Origin: an uncultured Actinomyces sp.
GTDB taxonomy: Bacteria > Actinomycetota > Actinomycetes > Actinomycetales > Actinomycetaceae
Length of the DNA stretch: 64,000 bases
Reading direction: 5' to 3'
Assembly (NCBI GenBank): GCA_938041695.1
Contig: CALISI010000031.1
Location: forward strand, 3,987 to 67,986
Numbering within the stretch: position 1 is the stretch's first letter; every line of letters starts with the position of its first letter. A model generated the notes under the pieces. The model was not told the DNA's origin. It did not search any database and saw only the letters and a program-made list of their open reading frames with translations. The position numbers and the translations under genes were made by a program. Below are positions 50,784 to 60,709 of this stretch, piece by piece.

Positions 50784-53549
50784 CTAAATGGTCGACCAAG
50801 CCACGATACCGCGACCGATGCGGTCCTTCGCGGCCTCGGCTTTGCGCGTCAACTCACTGCTTGACGCAGCCGAGGCAATCTGGCCGAGGCAATCCATGAC
50901 CTGGCGCATCCAGCGGACAAAGTCACCCGCTTGGATCGGCGTCGCATCGATAGCTGTCGCTAGCGTTGACCCGTGTGCCCAGGCGAGTGTCGCTGCCATG
51001 AGGCCCGCATCCAGGTTCGGGGTGGGCTCACATCCGCATGCCTTCTCGACGCGATGCACGCGCTGGAGGATTGCCAGGCTTTCGTGCCAGGCCTCCTGAA
51101 GGTGAATACCTACCCCCGAGGGAGCGAGCTGCTGGGCATCGTCGTCGGAGCGAGAATCGTAGACAAGCGCGGACACCATGGACGCCAGTTCCGCTTCGTC
51201 AAGCTCGTTCCAGGTGCCCTCATTCATCGACATGGCCACCACCAGGTCGCGCTCGCCAAAGATTCGCCGCAAACGCTGACCGGCATCGGTGACCTCGTCA
51301 CCGACCAGGAAACCGAGGCGCTCGAGGACCATGCAGACGCGGTCGAACTGGGCGGCAACGGATCCCGTCTGGGAGTCAATCGAAGAGCGAAGATGGTCGA
51401 TCTCTCGTCCCAGGCGAGCCCACTGGGCGCCTGCACGCGCATGCTCCTCACGGTGGGGGCAGCGGTGGACCGGGTGCTGGCGCATCGCAACGCGTAGCGC
51501 GGATACCGGGTCGGAGGTATCCGAATGCTCGGAGGGGACCTCATAGATACCCTGAGCGGCACCGGAACGCAGTTCACCGGCGATACGCGTCCGCTCCTTC
51601 GTGCGGCGCAGCGCAGAGCCTCCCGGGATGGACATGTGACCGACCACGGCAATCGCACCACGTACGTCTTCGGGAGCAAGGGCGCGCCACGTTGCGTCCT
51701 CGCCAATAATCGACACCTCGACCCTGCCCGAGGCGCTGGTGGCCTTTGCTCCAACGACACACAGGCGCGATTTGCGGCCTCGCACGAGGGCGAGAACGTC
51801 TCCAGCGCGCACCTCGGACAGCACGCGTCGAGACTTCTCGCGTGCTTCGTGCTTGCGCGCCCGAGCCCCCGACTTCTCCGTCTGACCGAGCTGGTCACGC
51901 AGAGTCAGATACTCGCGCACATCACCGTGAGAACACGACAGGTCTTTCATCGTTGCGTCCCGCTGCACCTCGAGCTCGTTCAGCCGCGATGCCAGCGCGA
52001 CGACGGCAGAGTCCGCCTGGTACTGCGCGAATGACGACTCTAAGACCTTGCGGGTCTGGGCGCGCGTCGAGCGCGCGAGCAGGTTGACCACCATGTTGTA
52101 CGTCGGTGTGAAAGCAGAAATCAGAGGATAGGTGCGCTTCGAAGCGAGAGCAGCGACCTCCTCGGGCGCCACTCCCCCACGGTGCGAGACGACCGCGTGC
52201 CCTTCGGTGTCGATGCCGCGGCGCCCTGCTCGTCCCGAGAGCTGGGTATATTCACCAGCCGAGAGGGATACGTGCGCTGAACCGTTCCACTTCGTCAGAG
52301 ATTCGATGACGACTGTACGCGCCGGCATATTGATTCCCAGAGCAAGCGTCTCGGTTGCGTACACCATTTTGACCAGGCCGCGCGAAAACAAATGTTCGAC
52401 GGTCTCCTTCATGAGGGGCAGCATTCCCGCGTGGTGGGCGGCAATGCCGCGCATGAGGCCGCGTTTCCACGCCGCGGCGCCGAGAACGATTGCGTCCTCG
52501 GGCGGTAGTAACTCAATGACCTCATCGACGTAGCTCTCGATCTCGGCGGCCTCCGAACGCGTCGTCAAGGTGATGCGCGTGGACAGCATCTGGCGAACCG
52601 CATCCTCGCAGCCGGCGCGCGAGAAAATGAACGTAATTCCGGGCAGCAGCCCGGCGCGATCGAGAGAAATGAGCGTCGAAGGACGCGACTCACGGCGAAC
52701 GTGAACCTCGCGATTCCACGAGCGTGAACCCCGGCCTCCTCGCATTCCTGAATCGCGCGTTGCAGCGACCAGCTCGGGGTTGAGCTTTCCTCTCCCCGTC
52801 GGGGCGTAGAGGTCGAAGATGTCCTCGCCGACGATCATGTGCTGGTAGAGCGGCACGGGACGCTTTTCGGAGACGACGATTTCGCACGAGGACCGTACCT
52901 CGCGGATCCACGCGCCGAACTCCTCGGCATTCGACACCGTCGCGGACAGAGCAATGATCGCGACGTGCGCCGGTAGGTGAATGATCACTTCCTCCCACAC
53001 CGGGCCGCGCATCTTGTCCGCCAGGTAGTGCACCTCGTCAAGAATAACCACGCCCAGGTCGTCAAGGGGTGTGCCCGCATAGATCATGTTGCGCAGCACT
53101 TCGGTCGTCATAACGACGACGGGTGCGCCGGGATTGACCGACGTGTCACCGGTTGCGAGACCGACGTTGTCCGCTCCGAACAGGTCGCACAACTCCAGGT
53201 ATTTCTGGTTGGAAAGAGCCTTGATAGGAGTCGTGTAGAACGCGCGCATTCCCTGCTCGAGAGCGACATATGCGCCGAACTGCCCAACGATCGTCTTGCC
53301 CGCACCGGTGGGTGCAGCAACGAGGACGGAGCTGCCGGCCTCGACGGCATCGAGCGCTTGAATCTGGAATGGATCAGGGGTGAAGCTGAGCGTTGAGACC
53401 CAGCGGGCACGCAGCGAGGCGGCCGTCTGTGCTTCCGCTTTGTAGGCGGCGTAGCGCTGTGCGGCGCTGCCCACCCCCAGGCCGACCTCCTCCTCATGAG
53501 CGTGAGCGTGCGTCTCACGGGTGCGATGCCGACGTCGTTTTGGGCTCAC
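50784..53549 (-). CDS. helY: Ski2-like DEAD/DEAH-box helicase HelY
   Basis: APTGAGKT, DEVH and SATV are present, with a C-terminal DSHCT-like region. The GTG at 53549 overlaps the pafC stop as GTGA. The ORF-track start is 53570. Confidence 0.9.
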   Translation of the reverse strand: MSPKRRRHRTRETHAHAHEEEVGLGVGSAAQRYAAYKAEAQTAASLRARWVSTLSFTPDPFQIQALDAVEAGSSVLVAAPTGAGKTIVGQFGAYVALEQGMRAFYTTPIKALSNQKYLELCDLFGADNVGLATGDTSVNPGAPVVVMTTEVLRNMIYAGTPLDDLGVVILDEVHYLADKMRGPVWEEVIIHLPAHVAIIALSATVSNAEEFGAWIREVRSSCEIVVSEKRPVPLYQHMIVGEDIFDLYAPTGRGKLNPELVAATRDSGMRGGRGSRSWNREVHVRRESRPSTLISLDRAGLLPGITFIFSRAGCEDAVRQMLSTRITLTTRSEAAEIESYVDEVIELLPPEDAIVLGAAAWKRGLMRGIAAHHAGMLPLMKETVEHLFSRGLVKMVYATETLALGINMPARTVVIESLTKWNGSAHVSLSAGEYTQLSGRAGRRGIDTEGHAVVSHRGGVAPEEVAALASKRTYPLISAFTPTYNMVVNLLARSTRAQTRKVLESSFAQYQADSAVVALASRLNELEVQRDATMKDLSCSHGDVREYLTLRDQLGQTEKSGARARKHEAREKSRRVLSEVRAGDVLALVRGRKSRLCVVGAKATSASGRVEVSIIGEDATWRALAPEDVRGAIAVVGHMSIPGGSALRRTKERTRIAGELRSGAAQGIYEVPSEHSDTSDPVSALRVAMRQHPVHRCPHREEHARAGAQWARLGREIDHLRSSIDSQTGSVAAQFDRVCMVLERLGFLVGDEVTDAGQRLRRIFGERDLVVAMSMNEGTWNELDEAELASMVSALVYDSRSDDDAQQLAPSGVGIHLQEAWHESLAILQRVHRVEKACGCEPTPNLDAGLMAATLAWAHGSTLATAIDATPIQAGDFVRWMRQVMDCLGQIASAASSSELTRKAEAAKDRIGRGIVAWSTI

Positions 53550-54484
53550 GATGCATCCTCTCTGGTCCACTTCGCCAAGATCGTGCGTGCATGGCGCGCG
53601 GCAGCCCGGCGCATGTCCGGCGAAACAGTACGCAGGTGCGGGGCAATGTCAATCAGGAGACTCAGGCCCCACTGTTCATTCCAGACGGGCAGGGTAACCC
53701 GCGCTCCCCCATCGGTGAGCTCGGCGGCGATGTGACCGTCGTAATCGTCGGCGATCCATCGAGCATCGCGATCAACCTCGAGCGTCCAGGTCGGTGCGTC
53801 CTGGCGCACGCGGCGGGGCTCCTCAACGCGCCGACCTTCGCCGCGCACGTCACTGATTGACGCGACCGCGAAACTGCGAGCCTGCCCCGCACGCGTACAC
53901 CAGCCGCGCAGGAGCCAGCCTGTTGCGGTCGCCTCGAGCGACCACGGGTCGACGACGCGGCGCGTCTGGATACCCGAGGCAGACACGTAGGTGAAAGAGA
54001 CGCGCTCTTCGCGCACGAGCGCATCACGCAGGGCCTCCAGGCTCGCGCTCGACGAGGCCGGGGAAGCAATCGCTTCCACGTACTGCTCCCCGTCCGATTC
54101 CTTCAAGCCTCCCAGAGCACAGACAACGAGGGCAGCATGAGGGACGTGGGCGGCAAGATCGCTGCCCAACAAAGGCGTTATCGCAGACAAACCGATGAGA
54201 AGCGCCTGCGCCTCGAGTGCGGACAGTCGCAGTGGCGCGGATGCGCCGAGTGTCGAGCGCAGCGTGACGCGTTGTTCTCGCTCGTAGAGCTCCCAATCGA
54301 CCTCAAACGAGGCACCGGGTAGTGAGTCTCCGACGGACGCGAGATATTCAACGTCGCGGCGCACCTGCCGACGCGTACGGTGGAAGTGAGCGGCAATATC
54401 GTCGACGGTTGAGCCAGGATGCTCACTCATCCACGTCACCATCGACGCAAGACGGACAACTGCTAGCTGAACGTTCTCAGGCAT
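53546..54484 (-). CDS. pafC: WYL-domain transcriptional regulator PafC
   Basis: It has an HTH N-terminus plus a WYL-type central domain (VSFTYVSASG...RRVVDPWSL...GWLLRGWC). It is second in the pafB-pafC pair. The ATG at 54484 overlaps the pafB end. Confidence 0.75.
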   Translation of the reverse strand: MPENVQLAVVRLASMVTWMSEHPGSTVDDIAAHFHRTRRQVRRDVEYLASVGDSLPGASFEVDWELYEREQRVTLRSTLGASAPLRLSALEAQALLIGLSAITPLLGSDLAAHVPHAALVVCALGGLKESDGEQYVEAIASPASSSASLEALRDALVREERVSFTYVSASGIQTRRVVDPWSLEATATGWLLRGWCTRAGQARSFAVASISDVRGEGRRVEEPRRVRQDAPTWTLEVDRDARWIADDYDGHIAAELTDGGARVTLPVWNEQWGLSLLIDIAPHLRTVSPDMRRAAARHARTILAKWTREDAS

Positions 54485-55409
54485 CGTCTTCCCCCCACGT
54501 GGCGGCTGCATGCAGGCGCGTCAATATGGCGTCGCGCAGAGCGTGCGGAGACACGACCACCACGTCAGCGGCCAGTGGGAGAATCCGAGCGATCCACGTG
54601 CCCAGCTCGGCGCCTTCAAGGCCGACGCGTTCCCAGCCTCGCCGAGGCAAGCCCACTTCCTCGGGCACTCCCCCGGCCTCGTAGCCGTGAAGAATCGTTC
54701 GTGCGGGAGACCCCGCGCGTATATCGACGACGGGAGAGACGAAGGAGGAGACCCGAGGAGGAGTGTGTCCCTCGGGAGGAACCGATGCGTCCCCCGGCTC
54801 CCCGATGAAAGATACCTGCGAGCGTATGCGCGAGATACGGAACGTTCGCTCGGCGCTGCGGTCGAGGTCCCAGCCCCACAGGTACAGAGCACGGCCCTGA
54901 ACCGACAGAGCCCACGGCTCCACGGAACGCTCCGTCAACTGCTCAGACCCCGGGTACTCGAAACACACCACTCGGCGTTCACGAATGGCCTGAGACAAAG
55001 CGGTTGCAGCTCCGAGGCCAGTGAGCCCAAGACGAATCGTGGGAGCGCAGACATCATCACAGGACGCAGCAGCGGCTTTTGCGTCGATCGCATCGGCGAA
55101 AAACTCGCTGCTATCCCACGCGCGCGCAGCCAGCGACATCAGGGCACGATCGGCGCTCGTCACCCCAATACCTGGAGCGAAAGAATCCCAGGAAATGCTG
55201 TAGCGCTCCCCCGAACGAATCGTCATGTGAGCGCCCGCGTCACGCAGCGCATCCTTATCGCGCTGGAACTGGGTCTCAAAAGCATCATCTGCAAGCCCCT
55301 GATAGCCCGGAAGCTCCCGCAGCTGCGCCTTGGTGCGCCCGGGACGAGCGCCCAGGAGCTCCACAAATAGCTCGAGGACGCGCACGTTAGCGTTGACGGC
55401 GGTACTCAC
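54477..55409 (-). CDS. pafB: WYL-domain transcriptional regulator PafB
   Basis: HTH (RVLELFVELLGARPGRTKAQL) plus a WYL domain (VVCFEYPGSEQ...RSVEPWALSVQGRALYLWGWD). GTG start. Confidence 0.75.
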   Translation of the reverse strand: MSTAVNANVRVLELFVELLGARPGRTKAQLRELPGYQGLADDAFETQFQRDKDALRDAGAHMTIRSGERYSISWDSFAPGIGVTSADRALMSLAARAWDSSEFFADAIDAKAAAASCDDVCAPTIRLGLTGLGAATALSQAIRERRVVCFEYPGSEQLTERSVEPWALSVQGRALYLWGWDLDRSAERTFRISRIRSQVSFIGEPGDASVPPEGHTPPRVSSFVSPVVDIRAGSPARTILHGYEAGGVPEEVGLPRRGWERVGLEGAELGTWIARILPLAADVVVVSPHALRDAILTRLHAAATWGEDDA

Positions 55410-55457
55410 CCGCCTACCCTACGCGAAACGCGCGCGTCCCGAGCGTGCGGCGCACCG

Positions 55458-56507
55458 TCAGGACTGAGAAGACGCGGTATCGGCGGTACTCGCGTATTCG
55501 TTGCTCACGATGGCGCTTGGATCGACGTCTCCTTCGAGGACCCCGATGGAGTTCAGGAACGACACCATGGAAGACCACGTGGCGAGATCCTGCATGCCGT
55601 CAGCGTGCGCGTCATCTCCGAGCCACAGCGGAACAGTCGCGGCGAGCACCGCATTCGCTGCGGCCAGCGACGTCTCGTCGCTGAGCGTCGTGTCCCACTT
55701 CGCGGTCGCGTCAATCGCGATCTGGGGATCGGCGGCGATCGCATTCATCGCGTCGGTGGTTGCGGACACGACCGCACGCGCCGCATCGGGGTGAGCCTGC
55801 GCCCACTCGCGCGTCGTAATAATCGAGGCCGCCACCAGCGGAGTCGAGGCACCATCCAACGGGATCTCCCGGATGTCGATGCCCGCGAGTCTCATCTGCA
55901 CCGCGTCATTGTTGGTAAAGCCAACGACTGCGTCCACCTGGCCAGCCGCGAGGGCCGCCTGCTGCGTGTAGCCGATCGACGAAATGGTTACGTCCGACGT
56001 CTGCAGGCCACCGGCCTTAATAGCGGCAAGAGTGGCGTAGTAGCTCGAACCATACTCGCCCGGAATACCGATGTTCTTTCCGGCGAGGTCAGCCAGGTTC
56101 GTGATCGATGACGAGGCGGGGACGATGACACTCCCCGGGTAGGTCGCGTAATACTGGCCAATCGACACGAGATCCAGGCCCTGTGAGGCTGCCACGGCGG
56201 CCTCGTCGCCGGAGGCAATGACCACGTCCTCCTGGCCGGCGAGAAGCGCCGTGAACAGGCCCTCGTCCGAGCCGTGATGGCGAACGGTGGGCGTGATGCC
56301 GGCGTCGTTATACAGCCCCTGAGAATCAGCGACATAGACGGGGGCAAACTGCACGTTCGGGATGTAGGTCAGACCGATCGTCACGTCCGAGGCGCCCTGC
56401 GAGGACGTGCCCGACTGCGTGGCACCGGGACTGACTGTGCAAGCGCCCAGCGCCAGCGAAACGCTGGTACCGATAACGGTCGCGCGAACGATAGTGGAAA
56501 GCTTCAA
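55458..56507 (-). CDS. ABC transporter substrate-binding lipoprotein, NMT1/THI5 (ThiY)-like; candidate riboflavin-binding RibY
   Basis: The lipobox is LALGAC. The NMT1/ThiY-like fold shows in GLTYIPNVQFAPVYVA...GIPGEYGSSYY. TTG start with GAAGGAGA 7 nt upstream. It is the second gene behind the FMN riboswitch. Confidence 0.8.
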   Translation of the reverse strand: MKLSTIVRATVIGTSVSLALGACTVSPGATQSGTSSQGASDVTIGLTYIPNVQFAPVYVADSQGLYNDAGITPTVRHHGSDEGLFTALLAGQEDVVIASGDEAAVAASQGLDLVSIGQYYATYPGSVIVPASSSITNLADLAGKNIGIPGEYGSSYYATLAAIKAGGLQTSDVTISSIGYTQQAALAAGQVDAVVGFTNNDAVQMRLAGIDIREIPLDGASTPLVAASIITTREWAQAHPDAARAVVSATTDAMNAIAADPQIAIDATAKWDTTLSDETSLAAANAVLAATVPLWLGDDAHADGMQDLATWSSMVSFLNSIGVLEGDVDPSAIVSNEYASTADTASSQS

Positions 56508-56519
56508 GGGATGTCTCCT

Positions 56520-57293
56520 TCACTGCGTGATGGTGTAGCGCTTCGACCGCTCGATTCGATACACGATGACGTACAAAATTGTTGCCATGATGCACAGGAT
56601 CGCGATGACGACAAACATGCCGGCGGTGTCCACGTTGCTTCTCATTTGAGTGAGTACTTGCCCGAGCCCGGACCCTCCCATGACCATCTCCCCCACGACC
56701 GCGCCCGTCACAGACAGAGCAAACCCGTTACGAAGGCCGCCCAGAATCGCGGGAGCGGCAAGAGGTAGCTCCATATGTGCGGCCATCGTCCAGCCCGTCG
56801 CGCCGTCGAGCGCGGCAGCTTCCAGCAGTTCATGATCGATATGACGTAAACCGACGACGGTGGACACGAGGATCGGGAAGAACACCATTAATGCGCACAG
56901 CACAATAACCGGTGTGATGCCATACCCGACCCACAGCACGAGAATGGGGGCAATTGCGATGGCGGGCAACGCTTGGGTTGCTCCAAGGAAGGGTTCCACC
57001 GCGGCGGCCAACAGCCGCCAGCGGTAGATCGCATACGCGAGTGGCAGCGCAACGACCGTTCCGAGCGCGCACCCCGCGATAGCCTCGCCTCCCGTCACCG
57101 CGATCTGGCGCCAGGTGGCAGGGCGCTGAAGCAGCGCCACGCTTTTTCTGGCAACAGCAAGCGGATCGGGCAGACGCCAGGCTTCGATGCCGGTCAGCGT
57201 CGTCGTCAGCCACCATCCTGCCAACACAAGGGCAAGAAAGATGATCGGTGCCACGACGGTGAGCGCACCGCGGGGCTTGTTCCGAATTGCCAC
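56520..57293 (-). CDS. ABC transporter permease (TauC/SsuC/ThiX-like); candidate RibX
   Basis: 257 aa with 6 TM helices, a binding-protein-dependent transport inner-membrane component. The GTG start is 61 nt downstream of the FMN riboswitch. Confidence 0.85.
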   Translation of the reverse strand: MAIRNKPRGALTVVAPIIFLALVLAGWWLTTTLTGIEAWRLPDPLAVARKSVALLQRPATWRQIAVTGGEAIAGCALGTVVALPLAYAIYRWRLLAAAVEPFLGATQALPAIAIAPILVLWVGYGITPVIVLCALMVFFPILVSTVVGLRHIDHELLEAAALDGATGWTMAAHMELPLAAPAILGGLRNGFALSVTGAVVGEMVMGGSGLGQVLTQMRSNVDTAGMFVVIAILCIMATILYVIVYRIERSKRYTITQ

Positions 57294-57354
57294 GACTTAC
57301 TTTCCGACACCGGGGGTACGCGCAGCACAGCAGACGCACGGATGCGCCTCATGC

Positions 57355-57474
57355 ACTCCTCCCATCCGGACTTTCACCGTCGGTGCCGGAATTTCACCGG
57401 CTCAACCGCCCTCGTTCTGTGAGGGTGGGTCGCGGACTATCACCGCCGGTTCGGACTTTCACCGACCCCGGAGT
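57355..57474 (-). promoter_or_regulatory. FMN riboswitch (RFN element)
   Basis: The minus strand reads ACTCC-GGGGTCGGTGAAAGTCCGAACCGGCGGTGATAGTCCGCGACCC-ACCCTCACAGAACGAGGGC-GGTTGAGCCGGTGAAATTCCGGCACCGACGGTGAAAGTCCGGATGGGAGGAGT. P1 is ACTCC/GGAGT. The conserved RFN cores are GGTGAAA.TCC, CCGGCGGT, AGTCCGCGA, CCGACGGTGAAAGTCCGGATGGGAG. They match the B. subtilis ribD leader that I recall. Confidence 0.9.
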
Positions 57475-57588
57475 ACTCGTGTGCCATTGTGCCACCGACG
57501 AGCTCAGTATGCGAGGGATATCCGCGATGGACGAACAGAAGCGGCCGGGTCGGATACCCTCGCGTCCGCCTGCCCAACGTCCTATCAG

Positions 57589-58251
57589 TCAGTGCGTGTG
57601 AGCGTTGGCGAGTTCGCGCAGCGCCTCGACCTCGCGGTGTGCGTCGTGGGCTCGGAACACCGCGGAACCCGCGACGAAGTTGTCTGCCCCAGCCTCGGCT
57701 GCACGTTCGATAGTCGCGCGGGAAATACCGCCGTCAACCTGGATTGAAACCTGCAGCCCAGCAGCGTTGATCGCGGCGCGCGTTCGCTCAATCTTCGGAA
57801 TCATCTGTTCGATGAAGGGCTGCCCGCCGAAGCCGGGTTCGACAGTCATGATGAGGATCATGTCGAACTCGTTGAGGATGTCCACGAAGGGCGCGATATC
57901 GGTTGCTGGCTTCAGTGCAAGGCCGGCGCGCGCGCCGATGCGGTGCAGCTCGCGTGCGAGGCGCAGTGGTGCCGCAGCCGCCTCAGCGTGGAAGGTGACG
58001 GACTCGCAGCCGACCTCGGCGTACTGCGGCGCCCAGCGATCCGGATCCTCGATCATCAGGTGCGCGTCAACCGGTAGGATGCCGGACTTCACGACTGCTT
58101 CCGCGACGGGCAGACCCCATGACAGGTTCGGGACGAAATGGTTATCCATGACGTCAACGTGAGCGATATCCGCTCCTGCGATCTTGGTGAGCTCACCGCG
58201 CAGGTCAGCGATGTCGCAGTTGAGGATCGACGGGCTAATTGTGGCGTTCAT
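57589..58251 (-). CDS. rpe: ribulose-phosphate 3-epimerase
   Basis: [17 protein letters not shown]...[12 protein letters not shown]...[10 protein letters not shown]...DGGI. I set the start at ATG 58251. The ORF-track N-terminal extension overlaps rsmB. Confidence 0.93.
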   Translation of the reverse strand: MNATISPSILNCDIADLRGELTKIAGADIAHVDVMDNHFVPNLSWGLPVAEAVVKSGILPVDAHLMIEDPDRWAPQYAEVGCESVTFHAEAAAAPLRLARELHRIGARAGLALKPATDIAPFVDILNEFDMILIMTVEPGFGGQPFIEQMIPKIERTRAAINAAGLQVSIQVDGGISRATIERAAEAGADNFVAGSAVFRAHDAHREVEALRELANAHTH

Positions 58252-58261
58252 AACGCATATG

Positions 58262-59734
58262 CTAGCGCCTACGTAGGCAGGCCACAAACATAAGATCCGT
58301 ACCGAAACGGTGGTCCCACAGCTGCAACGTACGACCGTCGTAGCCCTTGATGATGCCCGCAGACGCGGGTACGTCCAGAGCCTCGGGTGTGCATTCGTTG
58401 GCGAGTGCGACGGTGTCAAGCAGCTCAACCTCACCGCTTTCCAGCAGACGCGCGACCTGATCACGTGTCTCCGCCGCATGCGGTGAACACGTGATATAGG
58501 TGAGAACGCCTCCGGGGCGCGTCAGAGCGAGCGCACGATCAAGTAGCTCGCGCTGAAGGACGGTGAGTTCCTCGACGTCTGCGGGGGTGCGATTCCATCG
58601 GGACTCGGGGCGACGCCGCATGGACCCCATGCCCGAGCAGGGTGCGTCGACGATGACACGGTCGAAGGACGCCAGTGGCCAAGCGCTGCGTCCCCCACCG
58701 AAAGTACGGCCGTCACCGCTCACGACCTCGATCGAGTCGAACTGACGCGTTGTGCGCTCGACGAGGCGGGCGCGGTGCGGGTGCACCTCGTTGGCGGTCA
58801 CGCGTGCTCCGACGTTGGCGGCGAGGCCGGCCAGGAGCGCGGCCTTACCGCCGGGGCCCGCGCACAGGTCGAGCCAGCGCTCATCGGTGCCGCCTCTAAC
58901 GGGGGCCGACGCGGCGATGAGGGAGGCGAGCTGCGACCCCTCGTCCTGCGCACCCGCCCGGCCATCACGAATGGACGGAAGACGTGCGGGATCACCGGAC
59001 TGAAGAAGAACCGCAAAAGGAGACACAGCTCCGAGGGCAACCCGCGTGTCGAGAATGTCCTCGGCCTCGTCGGCAAGCTCATCGACGCTCATCAGTGAGG
59101 GGCGGGCGACCAGGGTGACCGTGGGAACCTCGTTATCAGCCGCCAGTACATCGACAAGTTCATCCTCGGGGTAACCGTGCGCCCGCAGCGCTTCGCGGAA
59201 AGCGGCGACCATCCACGCGGGATGCGAGTAACGCACTCCCAGCGCCTGGTCTTCGTCTGCGATCGCGTCCAAGGCCGCCTCGCGTGCGGCGGGATCCTCG
59301 CGGGTGATCGAGCGCAGGACAGCATTCACGAAACGGACAGGACCGTCCGTGAGATGTTCGCGCGCGACATCCACCGTTGCCGACACGGCCGCGTGGTCGG
59401 GCACACGCATATCGAGAAGCTGGTGGGCCCCCATGCGCAGGATGACGAGGGCGCGGGGATCGAGATCTCCAAGCGGGCGATCGATGTGACGCGCAATCAC
59501 CCAATCGAGGCGCCCGATCGCGCGCAGTGTACCGTGGACAAGCTCTGACGTGAAGGCCGCGTCACGGTCAGAAAAATGTCCGTCGCGCCGGGCCTGGCGC
59601 AGCGCCTTCGGCAAGATGATGTTTGCGAACGCTCCCTGCGTGGCGACCTCGTGCAGAACCTCGTAGGCAATGCGACGGGGCTCGTCGGCCTGACGCAGCT
59701 TGCGGTAGCCGTCCGCGTAGCGCCTCTCGCTCAT
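58262..59734 (-). CDS. rsmB: 16S rRNA (cytosine967-C5)-methyltransferase RsmB/Fmu
   Basis: A NusB-like N-terminus is followed by the SAM MTase core (DLCAGPGGK...DAPCSGMG...YITCS). ATGA overlap with fmt. Confidence 0.88.
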   Translation of the reverse strand: MSERRYADGYRKLRQADEPRRIAYEVLHEVATQGAFANIILPKALRQARRDGHFSDRDAAFTSELVHGTLRAIGRLDWVIARHIDRPLGDLDPRALVILRMGAHQLLDMRVPDHAAVSATVDVAREHLTDGPVRFVNAVLRSITREDPAAREAALDAIADEDQALGVRYSHPAWMVAAFREALRAHGYPEDELVDVLAADNEVPTVTLVARPSLMSVDELADEAEDILDTRVALGAVSPFAVLLQSGDPARLPSIRDGRAGAQDEGSQLASLIAASAPVRGGTDERWLDLCAGPGGKAALLAGLAANVGARVTANEVHPHRARLVERTTRQFDSIEVVSGDGRTFGGGRSAWPLASFDRVIVDAPCSGMGSMRRRPESRWNRTPADVEELTVLQRELLDRALALTRPGGVLTYITCSPHAAETRDQVARLLESGEVELLDTVALANECTPEALDVPASAGIIKGYDGRTLQLWDHRFGTDLMFVACLRRR

Positions 59735-60675
59735 CGCGCCCCCTCCGGCTCTCCACCGAAGCGCAGGTCGTCAGAAGGCCGCGCTCCCCTGGCCCATGCG
59801 GCCGCGTCCATCCACGACTTGCCGGCCGGTGCGACCTTACCGAGCACGAGAGCACCGCTTGCGCATCCAACGGTCACCTGTTTCTTCGTCACTTCGAGCT
59901 GCCCGGGTGCGAGATCATCTCGGTCCACGGGCATTGCCATGTCGAGCTTCATGCGGGCCCCATCTGGCAGCACCGTGTAGGCCCCGGGGTTCGGAGTCAC
60001 AGAACGGATGAGGCGATCCTCGTACCGGGCGTCGTGCGTGAACGAGACGTAGCCATCGACGTGCTCGAGGCGCCGCGCGTGCGTCACGCCTTCCGAGGAC
60101 TGCGGGATGGCTGCTGCACTGCCGTGAGCGAGCGCATCGACGACGCTGAGCACCTGGGGTGCCCCAGCCTCGGCCATCGATGTGAGCAGCTCACCAGCAC
60201 TCTCATGGCGGATCGGGACCTCGACGCGCGAATAGACATCGCCCGTATCCAGACCTTCCTCGAGATTGAAGACGCAGGACGCGGTCGTCGCGTCGCCTGC
60301 GCGAATGGCCCACTGGACGGGGGCAGCGCCGCGCCACCTGGGCAAATCCGAGAAATGCAGGTTGACCCAGCCATGCGTGGGCATCGCCAGCACGTTCGGA
60401 GGAACGAGGCCGCCGTAGGCGACGACGACACCGAGATCAGCCTGGATGCTCTCGATGCGCTGCGCGATGTCGGGAGTCTTGAGCGTGGTTGTCTCCAACA
60501 GTTCAACGCCACACGCTGCGGCTACTTCCGCCACCGGTGACGGGTACATCGTCTTTCCACGACCGCGTCGAGCAGGTGGACGCGTAATGACGAGAGCGAC
60601 CTCGTGGGATGACGATAACAGTGCCTTCAGCGTGGGGACTGCGGCTTCGGGGGTACCAGCAAAAATAATGCGCAC
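59731..60675 (-). CDS. fmt: methionyl-tRNA formyltransferase
   Basis: MRIIFAGTPE...NLHFSDLPRWRGAAPVQ. GTG start. Confidence 0.93.
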   Translation of the reverse strand: MRIIFAGTPEAAVPTLKALLSSSHEVALVITRPPARRGRGKTMYPSPVAEVAAACGVELLETTTLKTPDIAQRIESIQADLGVVVAYGGLVPPNVLAMPTHGWVNLHFSDLPRWRGAAPVQWAIRAGDATTASCVFNLEEGLDTGDVYSRVEVPIRHESAGELLTSMAEAGAPQVLSVVDALAHGSAAAIPQSSEGVTHARRLEHVDGYVSFTHDARYEDRLIRSVTPNPGAYTVLPDGARMKLDMAMPVDRDDLAPGQLEVTKKQVTVGCASGALVLGKVAPAGKSWMDAAAWARGARPSDDLRFGGEPEGAR

Positions 60676-60709
60676 GGCCGCCAGTTTACGGCACTGGGCA
60701 GGCCCTGAC

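Noticed and set aside
57294-57588. I first suspected a TPP riboswitch (because of the ThiY/NMT1-like cargo), then a cobalamin riboswitch (because of the GGTGAAA.TCC-type strings).
   Set aside because: There is no CTGAGA...ACCTGATCTGGATAATGCCAGCG-type TPP core and no B12 box. The element matches the RFN/FMN consensus essentially end to end.
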